From Malacoraja senta (lineage: Eukaryota): a stretch of DNA of 64,000 nt. The translations under genes and the position numbers were made by a program. How positions within the stretch are numbered: position 1 is the first letter of the stretch; every line of letters starts with the position of its first letter. The stretch lies in assembly GCA_038087875.1 (NCBI GenBank), contig CM075987.1, forward strand, positions 20,522,001 through 20,586,000, written 5' to 3'. Positions 13,291 through 26,470 of the stretch are shown one piece after another. The notes beneath the pieces are model-generated. The model worked only from the letters and a program-made list of their open reading frames with translations, was not told the DNA's origin and did no database searches.

Positions 13291-13961
13291 GATTGTATTA
13301 CTGATGGAATGTCAAACCCTTGGATCTTGACAACTGAAGGCATGGCCACTAATGGTGTACGGTTTAACTTCAGGGATGAGCCAGAGCAGAATTGGAGTTG
13401 CTCTCAAATCTTGAATACAAATGAATGTATGAATTAGATGTATGAGTCAGGCATTCAACCGTAGCAGCTTCCTAATGTTCTCTCTGCAGGTTACTTTCTA
13501 CCTGTCTCAGCAACCACACCCTGAGAGACTGCGTCCAACTCATTTATATAGGCCGTGAATAGCTCAGAGCCCAGCACTGATCCTTATGACTCATTGCTCA
13601 TTACATCTTGCCTCTGCGAACACAATCCATTTCTGTTTCCTGTAGGCAGTTAATCTTCTATCCACAACCACAATGCAATTACCCAAACATGTTGCCAAAT
13701 ATATAACTAAAGAGCCCAGTTAAGCAAAATATTTCCTGATCAATAAAAGGTGACTAATGTACTATACACCCTAGAAATTCGCACTTCTGCAATAATAAAG
13801 GAAAATGGCAATAGGAAGATTACAGCTCTTAACTAAACACATTAGTCATGCATAAATCCTGCAAATATGGTTAATAACATAACTGTTCTGATTAGTATAT
13901 GGGCATTCAGAAACTATGAAGCTATGGCCTTTAATAGCTTGTGTTTATTTTACAAACTTGC

Positions 13962-14054
13962 CTTTAATACTGCAGAGGTGTTTACATGCAAAAGCTTTAC
14001 TTCTGATAATATAGTTTTCCATATTTCATTCTCAGTTTCACGATTGACAATCTC
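13962..14054 (-). CDS. POMT1: POMT1 exon 14 (GC donor)
   Basis: [31 protein letters not shown]; 93 nt; donor AAG|GCAAGT. Confidence 0.94.
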
Positions 14055-15516
14055 CTGGAACAAATAAAACATGGAATTAAAACTTTAATGTGAAATATAG
14101 ATGAGTAAACTTCGGTCTATCAGCTTTGATTATTCCAGAGTACAAGACCTCAGCTTTTTCTGTATCTTCTGTTCATTTGGTATCTACATATCAGAAAACC
14201 AGACTCTTAGTAATCTTAAATAATTACACAAATGAAATCACTGACAAAATTACAGAAATCTGCCATAAATTCATCATTTTTCCAAATCCGTATGGGAACT
14301 ATGTTAATGGAGGTACTTTATGGAACATAGAACAGTTCAGAAAAGGCCCTTTGGCCCACTATGTTGGTGCCAAACATAATGCAAGATACACTAATCTGCC
14401 AGCTCCATATATGTCCATTTCCTGTACATCCACGTGTCTATCCAAAAAAACTCTTCAAAGCCTTTTAAATCAGGGAATTGAAATGTAACTATTGTAATTC
14501 GCCTTTCAATAACTGACTGTGATATGGACATGTTCATTCCATTGTTAATATACTGCATAAATTGAATAATATGCTTTCAAATATGCCTTTCTGGAGCCCA
14601 ATCATTCCAAGCGGAGACTTCAGAAATCCCAAGCTCATTGGTTTTGCTAGGACAGCTTCTTCCAATCTTGAACAGACCTCTCACAAGCTGAAGGTTGTAT
14701 TCCCAACACCCCCCCCCCCCACACCAATCTACCTCATGACGGACCTTGCACTCTTTTAATGTGCACTTTAACACTGCTGTAACACTGTTCTACTGTAATG
14801 TGCTGTAACACTGTTCTACTGTTTCCCCTCTCTGCATTACCTGAAGCACCCATGTATGGATATCTTTATGCCTGGATAGCATGCAAAACAATATTTTCAT
14901 TGTATCTCAGTACATATGACAATAAAACCTATACTCAGTACTTGAGTAGTAACTCAGATTAAATGTTACTTTATATGTTTCAGTACTTTTCTCTAACTTT
15001 TATGTATTCTATGTCTCAACCAATTGCAGTAAAAAGTTCCATATTCTAATTACACTCTTTGGTTAAAAAAGTTTCAAGACCATCACACACTTATACTCAA
15101 AACCACCTAATGATTTTAAAGTTTTCTCTCTTGGGTTTCTTTCCTCAGACTTATTAACTTTACAATGGTCCTTTCAGTTTCCTCCATCCTAGATTCTGGA
15201 ATTAATTCCCAATAACTTTCAATTTCCTCTTATAATTTAAAGCACTCCTGAAAGCATACATTTTAACCAGGTCTAGTCTAATGTCTTTCATTGTGCTCAG
15301 TAATCAGGTTTTATTTGATAATGCACAAGTGCTTTGCATACTTGACTAAATTAGAGATAATCTAAAAGTAAAAATTGTGTTGATATTTTGGATGCTGCAC
15401 ACACTACAATTCTATCATTTTTGTGTTTCAGCATTGGTTAGATATATTTGGGGGTCTTCCATTCGAAAGTTTGAAAATCACAGTTCAAGCTCCAGTAAAT
15501 ATCAATCGGCATTTAC

Positions 15517-15613
15517 CACTTTCCACAGGTTCTGTGCTGGCATTGAAATGTTGTAATCAACATAACAAGAAATCTCCTGCCACTGAGGACTCATAGGTGC
15601 TGCAACATCATGC
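15517..15613 (-). CDS. POMT1: POMT1 exon 13
   Basis: [32 protein letters not shown]; AG/GT; 97 nt. Confidence 0.96.
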
Positions 15614-16574
15614 CTGGAAAAAAAGTTACAAGCTTCATCACATGAGTTAGTAAGTTTATTATTGTTCCAATCTGTAAATATTAAGTGGACCAGAACCCAA
15701 CTGCTGCTGATGTAATCTTGACACTACATATGGGAGATGTATTTATATTACCTTTTCACCTTGTTCACACAAAGCAAAGAACTTAAGTATAAATAATAAT
15801 CTTGTGGATTCATTGAGGACCTTGATGCAGGACATGCAGAGCTAAAATATTTAATTCACTGTTTATTGAAGCACTCATATCTTTAATAATAAAGGCACAT
15901 TAAATCTTTAAGATAATTAAACAATGTAGTATTTCCAAAATACTACCTGAAGAAATGTCAGTGTTTGGAATGGATTAACTGTAGAACTCTTGCAAAGAGT
16001 TGATGCAGGCAGAATGTCACTTCATTCTAATTCTACCTCTACCAACATCTTTCACATTGCTTGCCAATAAATAATTGATAGCAAGGGCTAGCCAGAGACC
16101 TCAGGTTACCTCCCAGTCCATTAAGATAAGGAACACTGCAAGAAGTAGAAGAAAGGAGTATTGCCTTAAATAATTAATCTACAATGATGCCAAAATATCC
16201 TGGTTTCTATTCCATATGCAAAAATTGTCAGCTATAAAGACATGTGTAGTGGAATTTTAATACAAATCTTGGCATACCATATTCCTGTTCACTAAATTAT
16301 GTGAGCTGCATAACAATAAAGAAATAAAAAGAATGCATGTGGATCTGCTGAATATTCCTGAGGTTTCTTGCTTTTATATCAGACATCTTCATTTTGGAAT
16401 TGATAATACTTTGGTTTATTTGCTTCATATTTCAAATGTATATGTATACATTTTTCTGCTAAAAATTCATACTCAGGAACAGGCAATTCTCAATAATTCA
16501 ATTGACCAGAGTGATTAACAAAAATGCAAGATGATGGAAGTGCATCAATGTAACAGCACGCTCCTTGTACATAC

Positions 16575-16667
16575 GTGTTAAGATAACGAGCTGTCATCCC
16601 ATGGACCAATTGCACAATATCACCATGGCGAACTGAGCGAGGTGGATTGCTGACAACCAGCTCCTGT
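16575..16667 (-). CDS. POMT1: POMT1 exon 12
   Basis: [31 protein letters not shown]; AG/GT; 93 nt. Confidence 0.97.
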
Positions 16668-16944
16668 CTGAATAAGAAAGAAAACACAATGACAAGTCCA
16701 TATAGTTTATATATAAGTAACTGTCTGCTAAACATCTCCATTTGAGCTAAGCACAAGAACATCAAGTGGTGAGCTTGGGAACTAAGGAAAATAAATTAAA
16801 ATTCTGTTGGATAAAAAGCGTTCATGACACCATTTACATTTTGTCTCAGAATTAGTAGTAACAGTAGAAGGATGCAATTTTAAAGTAATGTCAAGTGTAC
16901 AAATAAAATCTTCTCAAGTGCAACTCTTTTCATGGTTACATTCA

Positions 16945-18995
16945 AAGTAATTTTTTTGTAAATGTTGGACCAGACCTGGCTAAACAAATCCCTGATCCAG
17001 GGACATCTGGAGAAACTCCTGAGAATTTATTGGAGAGAAATCCCTGCTCTATGTTTCTTATGCCAGTAGATGAAAAAGAACTGTTGGAAATTGTTAAAAC
17101 AAATAAAAACAAAATGTCTACTGATTTCAACGACATTGACATGTCGTTAGTTAAGATGGTCATCGAGGGGATTTCCAAACCTCTAACATTTATTTGTAAT
17201 TTATCTTTCCAAACCGGTACTTTTCCAACTAAAATGAAAATAGCAAAAGTCATACCAATATACAAAACTGGGAACAAGCATCATTTCACATACTACCGAC
17301 CTGTTTCTTTACTCCCTCAATTCTCCAAAGTACTAGAAAAAATGTTCAATAATAGACTAGACATATTTGTAGAAAAGCATAAACTAATCACTGAAAGTCA
17401 ATATGGATTCAGATCAAACAGATCAACATCACTTGCAATAATAGAATCAATTGAAGATATCACAAACGCTATTGACAATAAACTATACGCAGCTGGGATA
17501 TTTATTGATATAAAGAAAGCATTTGATACGATTAATCATGATATTTTATTAAAAAAATTAGAAAGGTATGGCATTAGAGGTCTAGTACTGAATTGGATAA
17601 AAAGCTATTTAAGTAACAGGCAACAGTTTGTGAAGCTGGGCAGTTACAGTTCTACATGTTTGGACATTGCTTGTGGTGTCCCCTAGGGGTCAGTGTTGGG
17701 TCCAAAACTATTCATCATGTATATAAACGACATTTGTAATGTGTCCAACGCCTTGAGGCTGGTCTTGTTTGCAGACGACACAAATATTTTTTGTTCTGGG
17801 GAGAATTAAAAACAACTACTGGACAAAATAACAAAAGAAATGGGCAAACTGAAAACATGGTTTGCCAGGAACAAAATATCATTAAACTTGAGCAAAACCA
17901 AAATAATGTTATTTGGTAATTGCAGAACAAACACAAAAGCAAATATAAAGATAAATGGGGTTGAAATAGAACAAGTTCATGAAAATAAATTTCTTGGGGT
18001 TATAATGGATGATGGAATCAGCTGGAAATCACACATTAAACATGTACAATCCAAACTGTCAAAAAGCATTTCGGTACTACACAAAGTTAAGCAGGTTCTG
18101 GATCACAAATCACTCTGCATTCTCTACTGTTCACTAATCTTACCCTATTTAAATTACTGTGCAGAAGTCTGGGGCAATAACTATAAAAGTTCGCTACATT
18201 CATTAACTATTCTGCAAAAAAGAGCAATACGTATTATTCACAAGGTCAGGTATCTGGGTCACACTAATCCATTATTCTTATAGTCAAAATTATTAAAATT
18301 AGAAGATTTGGTTGCATTTAAAACAGCACAGATAATGTTTAGGGCCAAAAATAAAAACTTACCTGGAAATATACAAAAATTATTTAATGTGCGAGTGGGG
18401 GGTTATAATTTAAGAAGAATATTTAATTTTAAGGTACAAAGAGTCCGCACGACCAGAAAAACGTTTTGTATTTCGGTCTGTGGAGTAGGATTGTGGAACA
18501 GTTTGAATGTGGAATTAAAGCAATGTCCAAACATGAACCAGTTCAAAATGACACACAAGGTACAGGGATGAAGGGGATGGTTGACAAACAGGGGTTAATG
18601 TTTATTTATTATTTTATTTATTATTTATTTATGTCTTTTGGTTACTTCATACATATTACTTGTATGTGTATATCAGTTGTATGTATATATATATGGCTGT
18701 ATGTATCTCTAAAAATGGTCTGGGGTATCATTATTATTAATTAATTAATTATTAAATATGGAAGAAGGGTTTAGGGAGAAGGGGTGAGATTAAATAAGTT
18801 ATTCTTCTTCTCACTCCTTTTCGAGCTTGTAAAGAAAAAGTGTTGGACATTTAAATCTTGCATTATGCATTTCATTGCTTTGCAAATATTGCCTGGAATG
18901 TCCAATGTTTGACTATTTCGATTTTGTTATTGTTATTTATTCCTATTTATGTCTTTACTTGTTCGGAACAAATAAATAAATAAATAAAAATAAAT
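16945..18995 (+). mobile_element. 5'-truncated LINE (CR1-group, Crack/L2-like) with near-intact RT frame
   Basis: KVIPIYK, YRPVSLLP, QYGFR, DIKKAFDTINH, GVP*GSVLGP, LFADDT; few stops; (AAAT)n tail. Confidence 0.88.
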
Positions 18996-19011
18996 AGAAG
19001 TTCACACATAC

Positions 19012-19107
19012 TTGCCAGGATCCTTTATAATCCACCAATTGTTCACATCTTTAAAAGGATAGCATGTTACTTGTTGCTGATGTGAGCTGCCTCTGCCACC
19101 ATCATAC
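19012..19107 (-). CDS. POMT1: POMT1 exon 11
   Basis: [31 protein letters not shown]; AG/GT; 96 nt. Confidence 0.97.
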
Positions 19108-19502
19108 CTGCAAAGATACACACAATTTCAGCTAACAAATGGCAGCTCTGACAGTACAAAACTCCGTTAACTCTAAGCCAAAACATGTTACATTAGGGAT
19201 CTTAACCCAAAATATCACCAATCCATTTTCTCCAGAGATGCTGCCTGACCTGCTGAGTTATTCCAGCCTTTTGTGTTTATCTGTTATTTTATATGTCCTC
19301 AAATGTATCCTCAATTTTTTCCCCTTCAGAAATCTTTTTTTTTTAAATAGTGGTGTATCATGTAACAAACTAGGTCAATGCATGCCTTTTGATCATTATG
19401 TAGGCAAAACCCTTCATTATGTAGGCAAAACTCTGCTGCCTGCATTTAAATCAAATTAAGTCCTGTTCATCCATTATAATTCTTCTCATTGGCCTACACT
19501 TT

Positions 19503-20340
19503 CAAGATACATTTATTTATTTGTCACATGTACTAATTGGTACAGTGAAATGTGTAGTCACCGTACAAATAATAAAGAGCACAAAACACGAGTCTTTTAC
19601 ACAGACATCCCCACACAGAAGGATCAGAGTTTCCTACTGTGAGGGAAGGCTCCAAAATTCAGTCATCCTCCTCTGTTGTCCTCCCGTGGTCGGGTGGCTC
19701 CCGAACCCCCCGCTGTCGCCGCTAAGGGCGGCCCGATGTTCAGGCCCGCTCGCCAGGGGTGATGGAAGTCCGACGTCGGGACTGGAGGACATCCTCAGCG
19801 GCTTGGACATCCAAATCGGCCACCTCCTACCGGACGGAGTCCGCTGCTCCCGAAGTCAACAGGCCGCATCAGGCGGAGGTTCAACGCTGGCGGCCCTCGG
19901 CAAAGGGCCCCAGGACTCCGCGATGTTGAAGTCAGCGCTGCCTGCGCTGGAAGCTCTACGAACCACAGCTCTGATGTTAAAGCAGCAGGCCCAACACTCC
20001 GGAGCTTCAACGGCGATACAGGTAAGCAATCGCCCGTTCCGTGATGTATCCAGCGCTGCGCCGCCGCTGCTGAAGGGTCCGGGGTCCCCGGCAGGAAAGG
20101 CCACTCCAATCCAGGTGGTAGGCCGCGAGGAGGGGGGGGAGGACGCGACTCGGAGAATAGTCGCGTCCACGCCAGGAAGTGAATGGGAAACGGTTTCCCC
20201 CTTACCCTACCCCCCTCCCCCACATAGAAAAGCTAAAGAAATCTCCAAAACAAACTTTTAAAACTGACTAAAAATTTAAAAAGACAGAAAAACAGACAGA
20301 CTGTAGGCAGAGGCTGCCATCAATGCGGCGCCCCTAGCGG
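19503..20340 (-). mobile_element. GC-rich non-autonomous LINE-derived element, copy 2
   Basis: End-to-end similarity with 8595-9460, same termini. Confidence 0.75.
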
Positions 20341-20928
20341 ACTTGCACAAGATCTGCCAACATTTAAGCATTAAAATTATCACCCTTATTTTCAAATCCC
20401 TCCGTGGCCTTGTTTATTGATATTTCTATAGTGCGCATCAATCACACATGGCTTTGAAATCTGTGCTCCTCCAGTTTGGGCCTTGTGTAATCAGATTTTA
20501 ATCTCTGCAGTTAGTACTGAACGATGTAGCTTATTGATAATGTCCTTCAGGAATACTCTCGTTAAAGTTTTCTGCCTCTACCTCTCTCCCTTCCTTTAAA
20601 ATGCTGTTTGAACCTAATGCTTTACCAGACTTTTATTCAGCTCTCTTGTATTTCTGTATGTGGCCAGATATGTTATCTTCTGTCAAGCAACTTAGGGAGT
20701 TACATTACAGGCACAACAGAAGGATAAAGTTGTTGCACGCACAATACAAAGCTTTTGTATCAAAATCTACGGTATGTTGTTGAAAGATTCAAATACAGGG
20801 CAGCGGCAGCATTTAACTGTATACAGTGTTGAGTGCTAGAATTATCTGTAGTCTGCCATAGTTCCCTTATGCACCCAAACTTCATAAACAGGATCAAAAC
20901 ATTTCTATCATCTTGAACCATTCATTAC

Positions 20929-21059
20929 CTGATAGGGTACATGTTCTTGTGTGAATGGAGCCAGCATGGAACAGGTTTGCTCCATGTATTCCTCAGCGTA
21001 ATCTGGGAACCATAGGCTATTTCAAGAGGTTGTCCCTGTGTGATCCTTGCCAGTCCCCC
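20929..21059 (-). CDS. POMT1: POMT1 exon 10 (start of MIR region)
   Basis: [43 protein letters not shown]; AG/GT; 131 nt. Confidence 0.97.
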
Positions 21060-21151
21060 CTGTAAAAGAAAACATGTGTAACATTAAATATTTATACTAA
21101 CATAATAAAACATATCTATGCGTCAAACTTGCCAGTATATACTTTTGACTC

Positions 21152-21650
21152 GTAGACACAAAAAGCTGGAGTAACTCAGTGGGACAGGCAGCATCTCTGG
21201 AGACGGAATGGGTGACGTATCGGGTCGAGACCCTTCTTCAGACTGGTTAAGGATAAGGGAAACGAGAGACGGTGATGTGGAGAGATAAAGAACAATGAAT
21301 GAAAGATATGCAAAAAAGTAATGATGATAAAGGAAACAGGCCATTGTTAGCTGTTTGTAGGGTGAAAATGAAAAGCTAGTGCGACTTGGGTGGGGGACGG
21401 ATAGAGAGAGAGGGAATGCCGGGGCTACCTAAAATCAATATTCATACCACTGGGCTGCAAGCTGCCCAAGCGAAATATGAGATGCTGTTCCTCCAATTTG
21501 CGTTTAGCCTCACTCTGACAATGGAGGAGACCTAGGACAGAAAGGGCAGTGTAGGAATGGGAAGGAGAATTAAAGTGTCCAGCAACCGGGAGATCAGGTA
21601 GGTTCAGGTGGGCTGAGCGAAGGAGTTCTGCGAAACAATCGCCCAGTCTG
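21152..21650 (-). mobile_element. Penelope-like element 3' fragment
   Basis: HFNSPSH...EAKRKLEEQHLIFRLGSLQPSGMN; tail nearly identical to 980-1420. Confidence 0.85.
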
Positions 21651-21877
21651 TGTATGGTCATCTCTCCTTTTGTTAGTGATGATGACTCACTGTATCTCTC
21701 TGTTCTCCTGCAGCTCACCATTGTGAGTTATTCCCTTTGAGCCTGCAGATTATTCAACCAAATTCTTTTTTTCTCACCTCACACAAGATTGATTGTGAAA
21801 TGATGAACAGATTCAGGAATCAAGCTGCCTTTGCCTGCCACCCCTTATGAATCAAAGTTACATCGAATTTAGTGTTA

Positions 21878-22003
21878 AAGAAGGAACTGCAGATGCTGGA
21901 AAATCGAAGGTACACAAAAATGCTGGAGAAACTCAGCGGGTGCAGCAGCATCTATGGAGCGAAGGAAATAGGCAATGTTTCGGGCCGAAACCCTTCTTCA
22001 GAC
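21878..22003 (-). mobile_element. Penelope-derived tail with hammerhead-like core
   Basis: Minus strand CTGAAGAAGGGTTTCGGCCCGAAAC. Confidence 0.7.
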
Positions 22004-22679
22004 ATAGAATTTAGTGGTCTGCACTCCCAATGCCAGTCCCACTAAGCAGAACTACTAGGCTTGAAAACATTCTGAATGACAAATAGTTTATTCAACTAAA
22101 ACATAGGAAGGCAAATTATAATGTCAATCAGCTTAAAGTATAGGTCTCATTATAAATCATAACCAGTTTAGAGTCGCAATGATCACAGGATAGATTCTGA
22201 AAAATCGTTCTGCAGCCTTGAAATTATCTAGGTTTTGGTGTTCCTTCGTGTTTACCAATGAATTTAACAATTTGAATACGTCCTGTCAAATTAAATTCCT
22301 GAAGCATACCAGGCTGTTTGAATTCTTAACACACTGTGTTTAGAGTAACTTTAAAACATTTTGCTTATCAAGGAGAAAGAAAAATAAAATCAGTGGCTGG
22401 TAGAGCTGCTTCTTCACAGTGCCAGAGACTCGGGCTCGAACCTGACCAGTGTAGGGAGTGGATGTGAAAGTGGGACACAAACAGAACGAGTGTGAACAGA
22501 GGATCAATGCGTGGCATGGATTCTGTGGGCCGAAGGGGGTATTTCCATACTGTATCTCTACACTAAACTATCTTCATGTAATATATTCTTTCTGTGTGAT
22601 TTTATTTTCACTTTCTGCACATCCATTACTAGAATAAATGCACTGATGAGAAGACCCACATGATATTCAATAGTCTTAC

Positions 22680-22835
22680 CTCCAGACTTGCTTGGAACAT
22701 GCTGGTCATTATTTGATCGTGTGGCCCAGAGCGGTACAACAAAGTCAGGTGGATGTAGAAGCAGCCCAGATACAAGATTATTGGGAGGACTAGAAGTGCA
22801 CATACACGGGCCATGACGTGATAAAACACTGTGAC
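22680..22835 (-). CDS. POMT1: POMT1 exon 9
   Basis: [52 protein letters not shown]; AG/GT; 156 nt. Confidence 0.97.
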
Positions 22836-25800
22836 CTGCGAATGAGATTTAGAGAAATTGCAAGGCTTCGTCTTCAAACTAGGCGATATGGTAATAAAGG
22901 GGAAAAAAAATCCAACCAACTGGCCAATTTTTTCAGTCCACAATGCAAGCACAGAGGCCTCCATTTCCATGTTCTAATTAAAAAAAGTTAAAGTTATATT
23001 GCATTATTCTAGTACATTTTTCTTTTTCAAGAAATAAAATGAAGTTACTGGGAGTAAGCAAAATCCCAAAACACACTTATTAGAACAATGATTAATATGT
23101 TGCCAAACGAAAACTATATCTGAGAAGTAGCGACAAAATGCATTTGATTTTTATCAGATCATCGACCTGTAGTATAGATAGTTCCGCTCCACAGATGCTG
23201 CCTGACCTGTAAATCCTTCCAGCATTTCGAATGTGCATACAGTTTTTGTTTTCCCCTATTCCCAACAAGGATAATCCCTCTCTATCTATATTGTTAGATA
23301 GCTTTGGAGCTGTTTCTTTTCACTCCATGTCTGCAACAGTTAGATTATTTGATTGAATTTCAAAGGGATTGTCAAATTCAATCGGCTTCCATGAGAATCA
23401 CTTGGGAAACTCTTCCCAAGCCGGAGCTCAGACATAATTGCAACGTAAAATAGGCAGCTCTTACAGGAGCTAGATTTTAGCTCAAGAGTTCAAAAATGTT
23501 TAACTGTCATATGTACCAGGAGAAGAATAACGACATCCTTCCTCAATGTGCCTGGAAAGCTGCAACAAATTAGAATGCCATTATTCCAGTCCCAATGCAT
23601 ATGACAATTAACCATTCTTGAACTTACAAGCTAAAAATTCACAATTATTTACCTGCCCCCTACTTTAGAAGAACACAATTATCTGCATTTTCCTATTTAG
23701 ATTACTTACACTCGCAGCACAGACTTCAAATGACCACCCCACATAACAGTTAACTATTGCAATGGGCCTTCAGACTGAAATCTAATGTGAATAACACCAA
23801 GGGAGATCTGAACAAACGGATGAGTGAACAAAGTAATATTCAAACTGTCTTAAAAAAAAAAAAAAGGTATCTCGAACAAGGGAGGAACCATTTGTCAAAG
23901 GAGGAACCAATTGCCTATCTGCAGAGTAGTCAGCTTCACCTATTTCGCCAACATTACTACCTCACCCACATTAGTCTTAGTGCAATCTTGTGTAGCATCC
24001 AGGTTCAGGAGCAGCTTATTCCCAACCATCAAACACAACAACCTCCAACTAAACTCAGAATTACATATAGACTTGGGAGGTGGGGTTGCTTTTATCTTGT
24101 CCTATTGTTTTTGTTCATGTTGAAGTTTTTTGTTGTTTATTATGGTGTTTACTACAGAGTACTAGGTTTACATATATGTTGTGCTGCTGCAAGTAAGAAT
24201 TGTATTGTTTTGTTTTGGAACATATGGCAATAAAATGCTCTTGACTCAAATTGGCTTTAGCATTTCATTATTTATCTCGTGACTTTAATGTAGGGAAACA
24301 AAATCTGACACTGACTTACAAATAAATATTTTTAGAACCAATAATTAAATAGTTGAATCTTAAGGACATTGAGGAAGAGGGATGAAGAGGTTTAAATTGG
24401 GAATCCAGAGCTTAAGGCCATGGCAGTTTAAGACATGACCACGAGTGGTGAATTGAATAAAATGACAAATGCTCATGAACTGGAAGAACACAGACATCTC
24501 GCAATGTCAAAGGGCTGGAGAATATTACAGATATGGAGAGAGGTGAAGACAGAGGGATATGAAACAAAGGATGTGAATTTTGCAAACAGGTCTATGCAAT
24601 GCACATCACCAAGTGTAGGGTTGATGAGAAAACCGGACTGGTGCACATTAAGACACAGGCAGCAATTCCAGGCAATGGCAAACACAGGGGAAGCCTGTAG
24701 GAGGGCACTGGAATATTTAAGACTCAGGATGAGAGTTTGTTCAGCTAGTGGAAGATTCACTTTGTAGAGAGAGGTGGTTTAATGGCTTCACTAATATCTC
24801 CTTGACTGGTCCTGGATATCAAACAAACATTATGACAATTTAGAGGCGGTGAAGGGGCCGAGGAAGGTGAGTGTCAACACTGAATAACAGCAACTAACCT
24901 TTAAAACAGTACCTGTTTGCGTTAAATCCCTTGGGATCTCGTGAAATTCTGAAACATGTTATATTAAAATTAAGCCTTTCTTTTACAGCTACTGACTGAC
25001 CTCTGAATATGCCAACATGCAGTCACCACATTCTAGTTAGCGACTGGGAGATCCAGCAGGCTTTGACCGATTAAGCATAAGTGTTCAGCAAAACGGTTGC
25101 TGTGTACGCTCTGTCGCGCCAATCCTTCAATGTAGTCAATAGTCTCCAATTGCTTGAGAGGAGGAATTACTAGATTCAATTGTATTTATTTATCTGTTTC
25201 ATTAGAAAAGTCATGGTATAACTGAGTGGTTTGTTGGGCCATTTGAGAGGCATTTACGAGTCTTTGTTAGGTCTGGAATTACATATGGGGCAGGCCAGAT
25301 TATTAACTGAAAAATTAAAAAATCGTGATCTTGGAAATCTTAAATAAATGGAGAAAATGCTGAAAAAGCACCAAAGGTTAGGCAGCATCCGTGGAAAGGA
25401 AAACACAATTAGCGTTTTATGTTGAAGACCCTTCATCATAACTGGAATATTAATCTATTCCATAAATCCATGTCCTTATCCCAACATAGTAACTGACATT
25501 TCAATTTAGTTAATAACACACAGCAGGATAATTCTGATGAAGAGTATTTGACCTGAAATGTTACCTATTTCTCTGTACATAATTGCTGCCTGATCTATTG
25601 TGGGCTATTAACTGAATATAAATGTCTAAATTTAATCTAAACTGAATATAAAAGGTACTATGGTACAATTTGAATTTGGGTCACTTGAATGTTAGTCCAG
25701 GCCTCTGGATTACAATTCTGGTAACTTAAACACTGAGACTACCACTGCACTCTCGTACTTACCACAGCAATGCCAGTATACGAGTTATTAAAGATGTACT

Positions 25801-25889
25801 CTTGAGCTCCAAAAACATAAATTAATTGATTTACCATATAATGTCTCCATCACACAAAATTAAATATAAACGGTAGCTTAGATACCTAC

Positions 25890-25983
25890 ATTTGATAATG
25901 TTGTATCCCCAATTAGCTTCCATGTATGTACTCCAGCAATAGCCAACAGAAGCAAGTATGTGAATAAGCCCATGTATTTTACC
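25890..25983 (-). CDS. POMT1: POMT1 exon 8
   Basis: [31 protein letters not shown]; AG/GT; 94 nt. Confidence 0.95.
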
Positions 25984-26179
25984 CTGCAAACATATCAAAA
26001 CAAAAATAGCCATTGGATTTGAAGTCCCAAGTTAACATTTCTAATTAAGCTAACAAAAGTCATAGGTTTCCACATTTAAGATTAAATGATAATGAATTAC
26101 AAACAACTTGCATTTACACAGCACTTTAGCACAACAAAATATTCCAGAGCATTTCACATCAGCAATTTAAAACAAAATT

Positions 26180-26470
26180 AGACAATAGACAATAGGAGTA
26201 GGCCATTCAGCCCTTCGAGCCAGCACCGCCATGCAATGTGATCATGGCTGATCAGCCCCAATCAGTACCCCGTTCATGCCTTCTCCCCATATCCCCTGAC
26301 TCCGCTATCTTTAAGAGCCCTATCTAGCTCTCTCTTGAAAGTATCCAGAGAACCGGCCCCTCTGAGGCAGAGAATTCCACAGCCTCACAACTCTCTGTGT
26401 GAAAAAGTGTTTCCTCGTCTCAGTTCTAAATGGCTTACCCCTTATTCTTAAACTGTGGCCCCTGGTCCCC
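26180..26470 (-). mobile_element. CR1 LINE 3' end
   Basis: (AGACAAT)n tail and typical CR1 3' body. Confidence 0.75.

Noticed and set aside
19521-20261. 246-aa plus-strand ORF (and the related 8793-9397 ORFs)
   Set aside because: Antisense of a GC-rich repeat; the frame is not preserved between the two copies.
25830-25889. Equivalent of the human POMT1 exon 8 alternative extension
   Set aside because: The frame reads GTA GGT ATC TAA, so it cannot encode an extension.
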